Of a stretch of DNA of 36,991 nucleotides, positions 8,760-16,627 are shown one piece after another; positions within the stretch are counted from its first letter, which is position 1; each line of letters starts with the position of its first letter. Under the pieces are notes generated by a model. It had not been told where the DNA came from, did not search any database, and saw only the letters and a list, made by a program, of their open reading frames with translations. The stretch is taken from assembly GCA_020718605.1 (NCBI GenBank), contig DYRR01000002.1, positions 13,357-50,347 of the forward strand, read 5' to 3'. The position numbers and the translations under genes were made by a program. The stretch comes from Chthoniobacter flavus. GTDB taxonomy: Bacteria > Verrucomicrobiota > Verrucomicrobiia > Chthoniobacterales > CAKUMP01.

Positions 8760-9641
8760 CGGAAGAAGCGGAAAGGCGAAAGCCGGACCGGGACCAAGGC
8801 CGCCTCGGGATAATTCCGGATCATAACCGGAGAATGGTCGGGTGCAGTTGGTGCGCCTGGCTCCCTGCCCGGACTGTTTGATTAAACGAACAGGCTTCCG
8901 GCGGGGCAAAGCTCACGGATTTCCCCGCGCGGGGTCGCACCTGCGCGGACATGCGAACATGGAAACCCCGCGGCGGGCGATGATTAGAAACCATCGCCCG
9001 GCCGAGTGAGAATCCGCAGAAAGTTTCGATCTGCGGAGGAAACACAGTGACCTGACACACGAGAGGTCGGAGTCGCTACTGTGAACCAGCACGCAAAGGC
9101 CAGCCTTGGCGGGACAACCCCGCCGGAAGATCCCCGCTCGCAAAGGGGAAGCGCAAAGGGCCGGCATGATGCGTGGAGGAAACGGGCCTGGCAAAGCCCG
9201 GGAAACCTCCTGAAGCGGGCGGCGTTAAAAACGGTGTCGCCCGGCTGCAAGAGAAAAGCGACTTGAGAGATAAGAGGTCAGACCCGTAGCCCCGGGCAAA
9301 CGCTCCGCCAAAAGCGGAGGCCGACCCGGGGGAAATCGGAAATGGCATGAAGCCCTTGCAGGCACGCCAAGTCCGTGTCTGGCGCGAATCCACCGGCGGG
9401 TGGGTTCCGAACCAGGCAAAGAGGCCTCACTCAACAATTCCGCGCCGGAAACGGACGGAACGGTCCTGCTGCGAGACCGAAGACTCCGCTTGCCGTGGAG
9501 AACAGCGTCGGGGAGCTGACAGCCGGCCGCAAGGCCGGGCGCCCAATGTTCAGCCGACGGGGAAGAGAGCGTGGCGAACTCCCACTCCCAACTTTGCGAA
9601 GGCCCCGCAGTCTCTGAAATGATGACTGCGGGGCCTTTTTT
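8760..9641 (+). ncRNA. Candidate large structured non-coding RNA of unassigned class (5' end uncertain, 3' end at an intrinsic terminator)
   Basis: There is no credible ORF in any frame across about 8598-9792; the track ORFs here are R/P/G/S-rich junk. Perfect stem-loops are dense: 8975-8982/8992-8999 (8 bp), 9013-9020/9030-9037 (8 bp), and 9043-9048/9078-9083 enclosing 9049-9053/9064-9068. Others are 9108-9113/9119-9124, 9175-9179/9206-9210 enclosing 9183-9187/9196-9200, and 9290-9296/9325-9331 enclosing 9303-9308/9314-9319. Also 9361-9366/9374-9379, and 9506-9510/9555-9559 plus 9515-9519/9550-9554 capped by 9523-9528/9533-9538 with a GCAA tetraloop. Many loops are GAAA/GCAA/CAAA-like. The strand is set by the T-tract terminator. 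Confidence 0.45.
9599..9641 (+). terminator. Rho-independent terminator
   Basis: A perfect 12-bp GC-rich stem (ggccccgcagtc 9601-9612 with gactgcggggcc 9624-9635) and an 11-nt loop, followed directly by TTTTTT (9636-9641). Confidence 0.85.
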
Positions 9642-9650
9642 CGCGGTGCT

Positions 9651-9797
9651 ATTAACCCGGCAATGAATTATAGTGACGTTGCAGACATTTTTTGGAGGGT
9701 CAGCGTCCTCGCCTGACCTGTTTTCAAGCCGGTCAGGGCAGGAGCCTGACCCTCCAACCACAACAGGAATATCACTACATTTATTTACCGGGTTAAT
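9651..9797. mobile_element. MITE-like element of about 147 bp: imperfect terminal inverted repeats of about 27 bp flanking a double-hairpin REP-like core
   Basis: The left end ATTAACCCGGCAATGAATTATAGTGA (9651-9676) compares with the reverse complement of the right end, ATTAACCCGGTAAATAAATGTAGTGATA (9770-9797). The first 10 nt are identical and about 21 of 27 match overall. The core at 9694-9755 is itself palindromic (ggagggtcag...ctgaccctcc). There is no ORF. The right end overlaps the ispG stop codon (TAA at 9795-9793). Confidence 0.55.
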
Positions 9798-11595
9798 ATG
9801 CCGGTCCGGCCAATGACTCCGGCGCGGGTGGCCCGATCCATTTGCCGTGTTCGGCGATGAGATCCTGGAGGCGATCCACCGCATCGGCTTCCGGGATATT
9901 GAACTTCACCGCCGTTTTTCCGACGTAAAGGTTCACCTTGCCCGGCGCCCCCCCGACGTAGCCGAAGTCGGCGTCGGCCATCTCGCCGGGTCCGTTGACG
10001 ATGCAGCCCATGATTGCGATTTTCACGCCCTTCAAATGACTGGTGGCGGCTTTGATGCGCGCCGTGGTGCTCTGGAGATCAAACAGCGTCCGCCCGCACG
10101 ATGGGCAGGCCACATAATCCGTCTTGAAAATGCGCGTCCCGGCGGCCTGCAGGATATTGTAGGCGAGCCGCATCGCCCGGTCCGGCGCCTCTTCGCCGCG
10201 CACGAGGATGCCATCGCCGATGCCGTCGCAGAGGAGCGACCCCGGCACGGTGCTTGCATCAAGGAGGGTTCGAAGAGAATCGGCTCCCGGGCCGACCGGC
10301 GGTTGCAGCGTGTCCTTGAGCACGATGAGATGAGGCGGACGCAGCCGCGCGGCAAGCAGGCGGAAAGCGCGGATCGGACACAAATCCAAACCATCCCGCA
10401 CGGTGACAATCTGGGGATGGTCCGTGGCATTGAGGGCATCCATCACCAACCCGTCGCGGGGATCGACTTCGTGAACCCCGGCATTTTCAACAATAATCTC
10501 GGGACGATAATCCCCCATGCGATCGATCCGGTGGGCGATCTTCCCGTGCGCGGTGCGCGGGATAAACACCCGCACCAATTCCTCGCCCCCGACGCCGATG
10601 CCGTCACATTCAAGTCGGGCGGACCTGCGGCGAACAAAGGAAAAAGGATCAAACGACAGCCGGTCCCCAAAGGATTCGCCCTGTGCGGAGCCTGCGGGTA
10701 TCCGGTTGAAAGGTTCCACCAAAGCCTGTGCCACCGGGATTTCGCGGACGCTGTCCTCGGTGAGCGAGACGCGCACGGTGTCTCCGATCCCATCGGCGAG
10801 AAGGGATCCGATTCCGATGGCGCTCTTGATGCGGGCATCCTCGCCGTCGCCCGCCTCGGTGACGCCGAGATGCACGGGATAGTTCCAGTCGGGTCCGAGT
10901 TCATCCAACCGGGATACGAGCAGGCGGTAGGCCTGGATCATGACCTTTGGGTTGCTGGATTTCATGGAAAACACCAGCGAGTGATAATCGAGGTCGCGGG
11001 AGATGCGGGCGAATTCCAAAGCGCTCTCCACCATTCCAAGCGGCGTGTCTCCGTAGCGGTTCATGATCCGGTCGCTGAGCGAGCCATGGTTGGTGCCGAT
11101 CCGCAGCGCGATGCCGCGCTCCCTGCAAAGGGCAACCAGCGGGGTGAACCGTTCGCGGATGCGCTCCAGTTCGGCATCGTATTGGTCGTCGGTGTATTCA
11201 CGGATGTCGAATTTTTTTGAATCCGCGTAATTGCCGGGATTGATGCGAACCTTGTCCACCCAGCGCGCCGATTCCATGGCCGCCTGCGGTTTGAAATGGA
11301 TGTCGGCCACCAGCGGCACTTCGCATCCGCGTTCGCGAAGCCCCCGGGCGATGTGTTCGAGATTCGCGGCGTCCTTGACCGTCGGCGCGGTGATCCGCAC
11401 GAGTTCACAACCCACGGACGCCAAATCGAGGGTCTGCCGGATACAGGCGGCGGTGTCCATCGTGTCGCAGGTGATCATGGACTGGACGCGGATGGGATTC
11501 GCCCCGCCGATCCCCACGCCACGAACCGTCACCGGGCGGGTGTTGCGGCGGGCATACCGCCAGGGATCGGGGCAGTGAAGCGGGGTGCGGTGCAT
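9793..11595 (-). CDS. ispG: 4-hydroxy-3-methylbut-2-en-1-yl diphosphate synthase IspG/GcpE, long form with an inserted domain
   Basis: 600 aa. Motifs include VGIGGANPIRVQSM, VRITAP, PLVADIHF, VRINPGN and the C-terminal Fe-S region CPSCGRT...MGCIVNGPGE. The length implies the insert-containing form. Confidence 0.93.
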   Translation of the reverse strand: MHRTPLHCPDPWRYARRNTRPVTVRGVGIGGANPIRVQSMITCDTMDTAACIRQTLDLASVGCELVRITAPTVKDAANLEHIARGLRERGCEVPLVADIHFKPQAAMESARWVDKVRINPGNYADSKKFDIREYTDDQYDAELERIRERFTPLVALCRERGIALRIGTNHGSLSDRIMNRYGDTPLGMVESALEFARISRDLDYHSLVFSMKSSNPKVMIQAYRLLVSRLDELGPDWNYPVHLGVTEAGDGEDARIKSAIGIGSLLADGIGDTVRVSLTEDSVREIPVAQALVEPFNRIPAGSAQGESFGDRLSFDPFSFVRRRSARLECDGIGVGGEELVRVFIPRTAHGKIAHRIDRMGDYRPEIIVENAGVHEVDPRDGLVMDALNATDHPQIVTVRDGLDLCPIRAFRLLAARLRPPHLIVLKDTLQPPVGPGADSLRTLLDASTVPGSLLCDGIGDGILVRGEEAPDRAMRLAYNILQAAGTRIFKTDYVACPSCGRTLFDLQSTTARIKAATSHLKGVKIAIMGCIVNGPGEMADADFGYVGGAPGKVNLYVGKTAVKFNIPEADAVDRLQDLIAEHGKWIGPPAPESLAGPAY

Positions 11596-11609
11596 CGAAA
11601 CGGACGGGA

Positions 11610-13046
11610 TCAGGGCTGCGGAGAGGGCGCCGGGGACGATTGGGCCGCCGGGACATCCTCCGCGTCACGATTTCTGAAAATGGAAAGATCCTGCACATCG
11701 AAAAACGTGACGTAGAGCATGTACCCGATGAGCAGCATCGCACAGGCGGTCTGGACGAACTCCAGCACGCGGGTGTTCACCGGCTTGCGGCGGATGGCTT
11801 CGATAAGGGCGATGGTGATGTGACCGCCGTCGAGCACGGGCAGGGGCAACAGATTGAGCAGGGCAAGGTTCACATTGAGCACCACACTGAACCAAAGCGC
11901 CATGCGCCAGCCGTCGGGATTTTCAAACATCATGTAATAAATCCGCATGATCCCCACCGGCCCGCTCAAATGCTGGGCCTTGATGTCCGATTTGGGCGAG
12001 AACAACGCACCCAGGGTGTTGACGATCGTCTGAACGCTCCCGGCCACCTGCTCGAACGGACGCGGGTGAATGATTCCCATGCGCCCGCTGAGATCCCACA
12101 CGATGCCGATGCGGGGCCGGGAGGGGTCGCCCACATGTTCTCCGGGCAGCAGCGTGGGTGTGACCTCCAGCGTCCGCCGATCCTCCCCGCGCTGGATCTC
12201 GATGGCGAACCGCTGCCCAGGGGTGGCCCGGATCATGTCGGAAAGAATACTGGGATGGTGCAACGGGGAACCATTGGCGGAGAGGAGGATGTCGCCCGCC
12301 AGAAATCCGGATTCAGCCGCAGGCGTGCCCGGCTGGACGGCGGCAACCATCGGGGTGAGTTTTGGGGCGATCTGGACCTGGCGCAGATTCGAGCGCCCCC
12401 AGCCGCGCCGGGGTTCGCGCACGGGAGTTGCCTCCAGATCGAGCACCTCCGATTCGCGCCGCACCCTGAAGGAGATCGTGTCGCCCTCGCTCCGAACGAC
12501 ATTCCATATCACGCTGTCCACCATGCCGGCGAAGCGGTTCACTTTGCGTCCATCGACTTCAAGAATCTCATCCCCGGGCTTGAACCCCGCAGCCTCGGCG
12601 GGACCACCCGCCTGCAAATACCCGATCGTGGTCGTGACCTCGGACTCCGCCACAGGACGTCCGACAATCCACACCAGCACGGCACAGAAAATGGCCAGCA
12701 AAAAACTGAACAACGGGCCCGCCGCCGCCACGATGATTTTGTCGAGAGCCGAGATCGGAGGGAGCGTCCCGGTTTCCGAAAGATTTTTCCCCTCGATCGC
12801 CTCCATGGGCGCCATCTGGGGCAGCGCGACAAATCCGCCCGCAGGGATGCACCCGAGACTGTACTCCACGCCCCCGATTTTCTTTTTCCATATGGGTTTG
12901 CCAAACCAGATTCCAAACCGCTCCACCACAAGACCGCGCCAGCGGGCCGCGAGGAAATGTCCGACTTCGTGGACGATGATGAGCAGATTGAAGAGGACGA
13001 GAACCTCTAAAATGATAAACGCGACGCGAAGAATACCGGTCAACAT
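11610..13046 (-). CDS. rseP: RIP site-2 metalloprotease RseP (M50 family) with PDZ domains
   Basis: 478 aa. It has HEVGHFLAARWRG (HExxH) in the first TM region, central PDZ-like segments, and a C-terminal LNLLPLPVLDGG motif. It lies 14 nt upstream of ispG. Confidence 0.92.
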   Translation of the reverse strand: MLTGILRVAFIILEVLVLFNLLIIVHEVGHFLAARWRGLVVERFGIWFGKPIWKKKIGGVEYSLGCIPAGGFVALPQMAPMEAIEGKNLSETGTLPPISALDKIIVAAAGPLFSFLLAIFCAVLVWIVGRPVAESEVTTTIGYLQAGGPAEAAGFKPGDEILEVDGRKVNRFAGMVDSVIWNVVRSEGDTISFRVRRESEVLDLEATPVREPRRGWGRSNLRQVQIAPKLTPMVAAVQPGTPAAESGFLAGDILLSANGSPLHHPSILSDMIRATPGQRFAIEIQRGEDRRTLEVTPTLLPGEHVGDPSRPRIGIVWDLSGRMGIIHPRPFEQVAGSVQTIVNTLGALFSPKSDIKAQHLSGPVGIMRIYYMMFENPDGWRMALWFSVVLNVNLALLNLLPLPVLDGGHITIALIEAIRRKPVNTRVLEFVQTACAMLLIGYMLYVTFFDVQDLSIFRNRDAEDVPAAQSSPAPSPQP

Positions 13047-13199
13047 GAAAGGATGGGGATGGGTGATTTATGAATGTGAACGGCGACCATAGCACCCCCC
13101 ACCCCACCCGGCAAGGGGCGAGAGTGACCGGGTCGGGATTCCCGATTGTTACAAAATCTTTCATTCTTAGGCATTGCGTTTGCGGAGGCGATATGGTGA

Positions 13200-14324
13200 A
13201 TGGACCCGTTCATGAAAATTCATTTTTGGTGGCTGCGATTTAGAAGACACATTCTTCCGGCCTGCGCTCTGTTGTTTGTATCCGTTCACGCCGGATGCAA
13301 AATGGAAGTCGCGCCCGTCGGGACGCCCGATCCCACACCCACCCCTGTCTCCACTCCAGAGACTCCAGAGCCGACGCCGGAATCCACTTCAGAGCCGACG
13401 CCGGAATCCACTCCAGAGCCTACTCCAGAGCCGACGCCGGAATCCACCCCCGAGCCGACGCCGGCAGCCCTGTCCTGGGAGGAACTCTCCAAGCGCAAAG
13501 ATCTCCAGCCCAGTCACACCCGCATCGAACGCCCCGTGGCTTTCCCGCTCGTCATCAATGGCCGGACCGTCGGCCAAACCCAGATGCAGGCGGGCACCGT
13601 CGTTGGGGTTCTTGGTATTTCCGAAGACACCGTCGCGGTGGCTCACGGCGACAAACGCGCCACCATTCCGGTCGCCTCGACCACGCTCGAGATTCAGATG
13701 CGCAATCTTTTGGCCAAATCCGGGACAGCCGAAACGGGCACCCCCGTGGAGATGGCTTCCGTTCCCGGGGCAACACCCCCGCCTTTCCAACCCGCCTCTT
13801 CCCCTGAATCTGCGATTGCCTCCTCCACCAAAATCCAAATGAAAGACCGGGTGCGAGCCGAAGTGGTGCGCCAGCGAAAAACCCGCATCGAAGGCGGGGA
13901 CTACGACGACAAAGTCGAGAGGATCGCTCTCAAGATCAAACTTTCCAACTCCGATCCGAAGCTTTCGTTCGAGAATCTCCGGGGCACCATCTATGTCTTC
14001 GCCGAGGACATACGGCGCCCGGGCTCCCACCGGTTGATGACCATTCAGAAATTCAAAGCCTCCCTGCCGGCCCGGGGGAACTTTGAGTTTGTCACAACCG
14101 AAGTCGAAAACGCCTACGACACCACCTACGCCAAATGGGGATACAAATACTCGGGGTGGATTCTTGCGATCCACGGGGCCGATGGAAAACTTGAGTTGCT
14201 CAAGTCCACCTCCCCCGCCTGGGAGGATGAAAGCAAACTGAGCGAACTCAAGGAGGACGGACGCTACGACCGCACCCTCAAAGAGCGCCTCAGAAACGCC
14301 TCGCGCAATTATATCGAACCATAG
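13200..14324 (+). CDS. Hypothetical secreted or lipoprotein with a Pro/Thr/Glu-rich repeat linker
   Basis: 374-aa ORF (alternative start 13212, MKIHFWW). It has a signal-like N-terminus ending LLFVSVHAGC, then TPDPTPTPVSTPETPEPTPESTSEPTPESTPEPTPEPTPESTPEPTP, then a globular C-terminal region I cannot assign to a family. Confidence 0.7.
   Translation: MDPFMKIHFWWLRFRRHILPACALLFVSVHAGCKMEVAPVGTPDPTPTPVSTPETPEPTPESTSEPTPESTPEPTPEPTPESTPEPTPAALSWEELSKRKDLQPSHTRIERPVAFPLVINGRTVGQTQMQAGTVVGVLGISEDTVAVAHGDKRATIPVASTTLEIQMRNLLAKSGTAETGTPVEMASVPGATPPPFQPASSPESAIASSTKIQMKDRVRAEVVRQRKTRIEGGDYDDKVERIALKIKLSNSDPKLSFENLRGTIYVFAEDIRRPGSHRLMTIQKFKASLPARGNFEFVTTEVENAYDTTYAKWGYKYSGWILAIHGADGKLELLKSTSPAWEDESKLSELKEDGRYDRTLKERLRNASRNYIEP
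13365..13464 (+). repeat. In-frame 24-nt tandem repeat (CCAGAGCCGACGCCGGAATCCACY) encoding (PEPTPEST)n
   Basis: Units lie at 13365-13388, 13389-13412 and 13425-13448. Partial units lie at 13413-13424 and 13449-13464. Confidence 0.85.
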
Positions 14325-14354
14325 GGACGGCACGCTCCCGATCCGCCGGGGAGT

Positions 14355-15050
14355 TCACTCGTTGCGCCGCACCCTGTCGCCGAAGATCGCCGTGCCAACA
14401 CGAACCAGCGTCGATCCCTCCTCCACCGCCACCTCGAAGTCACCGCTCATCCCCATCGACAACTCGGGAAGCCCGATGCCCAACTCGAGTTGCATCGAAT
14501 CACGCAACGCCCGCAATCGGGAAAAATACGGACGGGCCTTTTCCGCATCCTCGGCATACGGTGCCATCGTCATGAGACCGCGCACTTCGAGGCGGTCCAG
14601 TGTCGTGACCTTCTCCAACGCGGCGGCCAGTTCCCGGGGTTTCACCCCGAACTTGGTCCCCTCGCCCGACACGTTCACCTCCAGGAGAATGGCGGGGCGG
14701 AAGCCCTCCTCCCCGGCCACACGGTTCAGATCGGTCGCCGCCTCCACGCTGTCGATGCCGTGAAACAACTCAAACAAAGGCAGAGCCGCCCTCATCTTGT
14801 TGCGCTGAAGATGACCGATAAAATGCCAGCGGAGCCGTCCGGGCAATGCCGGTATCTTGGCACGGGCCTCTTGCACGCGGCTTTCCCCAAAAACATCCAG
14901 CCCGGCTTCGACGGCTTCCATCACCGACTCCGGGGGATGATTTTTTGAGACCGCCACCAGAGAAACGCAACCCGGAGACCGCCCCGAACGGGCCGCCGCG
15001 CGGGCAATCCGGTCCACAATGATTCCGCTGCATTCCGCAATATTAGGCAT
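14355..15050 (-). CDS. yggS: YggS/PLPBP-family pyridoxal-phosphate homeostasis protein
   Basis: 231 aa. Motifs LVAVSKNHP (PLP lysine), FGESRVQE, WHFIGHLQRNK, and MGMSGDFEVAVEEGSTLVRVGTAIFG are present. Confidence 0.9.
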   Translation of the reverse strand: MPNIAECSGIIVDRIARAAARSGRSPGCVSLVAVSKNHPPESVMEAVEAGLDVFGESRVQEARAKIPALPGRLRWHFIGHLQRNKMRAALPLFELFHGIDSVEAATDLNRVAGEEGFRPAILLEVNVSGEGTKFGVKPRELAAALEKVTTLDRLEVRGLMTMAPYAEDAEKARPYFSRLRALRDSMQLELGIGLPELSMGMSGDFEVAVEEGSTLVRVGTAIFGDRVRRNE

Positions 15051-15078
15051 GGATAAAGAATTATTTATTGACTATTCT

Positions 15079-15093
15079 ATAAGAAGGTCTTAT
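15079..15093. promoter_or_regulatory. LysR-type T-N11-A box (ATAAG-N5-CTTAT) in the yggS/LysR divergent spacer
   Basis: The dyad ataagaaggtcttat contains T-N11-A. It sits in the 58-nt AT-rich spacer, 16 nt upstream of the LysR start. Confidence 0.4.
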
Positions 15094-15108
15094 TCCTTAT
15101 CTTACCCC

Positions 15109-16032
15109 ATGCAAATCGAGACATTCAAGATTTTTTGTGATATCGCCGAAACCGAAAGCTTTTCCAAAGCGGCCGCAATCAACGAGATCACCCAGAGTGC
15201 CGTAAGCCAGCAGATCCGTTCTTTGGAGGAGCGCTACAAGGTCATGCTGATCGAGCGCGGAAAAAAGAATTTCTCACTCACCCAAGAGGGCCGCGTGTTT
15301 CTGGACGGCAGCAAATCGATCCTGGCCACTTTCGACCGGCTGGCCCATCGCATCTTGGAAATGCAGAACATTGTGGCGGGCGACCTCCGGATCGGCACGG
15401 TTTACAGCATCGGTCTGCATGAACTGCCTCCCTATCTGAAGGAATTCCGTCGCCGCTATCCGCAGGTGAAGGCAAAGGTGGAGTATCGCCGCTCCACCCA
15501 GCTTTACAGCGAAGTTCACGATGGCCTTCTCGATCTCGGTCTGGTGGCGTTTCCCGTAAAACGCAAGGGTCTGAAGGTGGAAAATTTCTGGCAGGACAAA
15601 CTCGTTGTCATCTGCCCGCCCGATCACGCCCTGAGCCGGAAGAAATCAATCCGGCTGGACCAGTTGTCCGGTGAAAAATTTATTCTGTTCGAGCCCGACC
15701 TCCCCACCCGCAAGGCCATCGACCGGTTGTTCAAGAGCCAGAAAGTGGACATTCATGTGGCCATGGAATTTGACAACATCGAAACGGTGAAACGCGCCGT
15801 GGAGATCGAAAGCGGCATCTCCATCGTGCCATCCACCACGGTGGCCCAGGAAGTCCTGACCGGCTCGCTGCACTCCGTGGAACTCGACGGCGTGGATGCC
15901 TGCCGCCCCCTCGGAATCATCACCAAACGCAACCGGGCCACCTCCCCCGCCCTGCGCCAGTTCATCGGTCTGCTCGAAGAAGGAGTCGGCGAAAAAGCCA
16001 CGCAAACGGCCGCCGCGGCAGTTCTCAAATAA
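15109..16032 (+). CDS. LysR-family transcriptional regulator
   Basis: Start set at ATG 15109 (MQIETFKIFCDIAETESFSKAAAINEITQSAVSQQIRSLEERY is a classic LTTR HTH). The 15019 start would overlap yggS. Confidence 0.9.
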   Translation: MQIETFKIFCDIAETESFSKAAAINEITQSAVSQQIRSLEERYKVMLIERGKKNFSLTQEGRVFLDGSKSILATFDRLAHRILEMQNIVAGDLRIGTVYSIGLHELPPYLKEFRRRYPQVKAKVEYRRSTQLYSEVHDGLLDLGLVAFPVKRKGLKVENFWQDKLVVICPPDHALSRKKSIRLDQLSGEKFILFEPDLPTRKAIDRLFKSQKVDIHVAMEFDNIETVKRAVEIESGISIVPSTTVAQEVLTGSLHSVELDGVDACRPLGIITKRNRATSPALRQFIGLLEEGVGEKATQTAAAAVLK

Positions 16033-16131
16033 TCGGAGCCGGGCAGCGGCGATCAGGCTGCGTTCCTTTCGGCCCGGAAGGCGGCCCGGACTTTTCCGCA
16101 ACCCGCAGCGGATTTCAGAGTTTGACCCTGC

Positions 16132-16505
16132 ATGCTGAAACCGCTTCCCGAGAGCCAGTGGACACCCGCCGCCGCCACGCATCTCCTCAACCGGGCAGCA
16201 TTTGCCGCCACCCCCGACCGGGTGCGGGCTCTGCACGAACAGGGCTTGAACGCCGCGGTTGCCGGATTGTTGAAAGCCCGGGATCCGGACGGGAAATTTT
16301 CACCGCCGCGCCGTTGTTCCTGGCGGGTGGTGCGCTCAAACCGGGAGTCCACGGCACCCACCCCAGTCTCACCCATCTCGACCACGGCGACCTGCGGCAC
16401 GGCATCGATTTTCGCAGTGTCTATGCCGGCGTGCTGCAGGACTGGCTCAAAGCCGATGCCCCGGCAGTGCTTGGACGCAAGTTTCCGACGGTTCCGCTCG
16501 TGTGA
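16132..16505 (+). pseudogene. Deletion remnant: DUF1800 N-terminus joined out of frame to DUF1501 C-terminus
   Basis: The frame starting at 16132 reads MLKPLPESQWTPAAATHLLNRAAFAATPDRVRALHEQGLNAAVAGLL, a DUF1800-type N-terminus, and degenerates after about 55 aa. A different frame from about 16299 reads FLAGGALKPGVHGTHPSLTHLDHGDLRHGIDFRSVYAGVLQDWLKADAPAVLGRKFPTVPLV followed by a stop, a DUF1501-type C-terminus. Confidence 0.6.
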
Positions 16506-16627
16506 GATGCCGTTTCATCTCACCCTCGATCCCTTTGCCAGACTTGTCGGCGTGGTTCGGGACAGGCCCTAATGTAATGTCCCGCAATCCACCTGTCTTG
16601 GATCGCTGCGGGCAAGCCTCAAAAAAA

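Noticed and set aside
8760-9641. Identity of the structured region as RNase P RNA, tmRNA, SRP/4.5S RNA, 6S RNA, a cobalamin/TPP/c-di-GMP riboswitch or an ORF-less group II intron
   Set aside because: The signature motifs are absent on visual inspection. There is no GGAAAGTCC / ACAGAA..GGCTTA P4 pair and no tRNA-like ..TCCACCA 3' end or tag ORF. There is no GGAA-tetraloop/AGCAG helix 8, no B12 box or CTGAGA core, and no 34-nt domain V with an AGC triad, despite a GTGCG at 8848. The size is also wrong for riboswitches and 6S. This is eye-matching only, so a covariance-model scan is still required.
8760-9641. CsrB/RsmZ-like protein-sponge RNA, suggested by many GGA triplets
   Set aside because: The GGA count looks only modestly above what this base composition would give. 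Most GGAs are not presented in the A(N)GGA hairpin-loop context typical of CsrA-binding sites.
8821-9884. Small and medium ORFs inside the recQ-ispG spacer (8821..9060-, 8913..9194-, 8984..9250-, 9076..9393-, 9081..9266+, 9225..9884-, 9347..9622+, 9375..9617+)
   Set aside because: They overlap one another in all frames, are R/P/G/S-rich with no motifs and lack plausible starts. One runs into the ispG 3' end.
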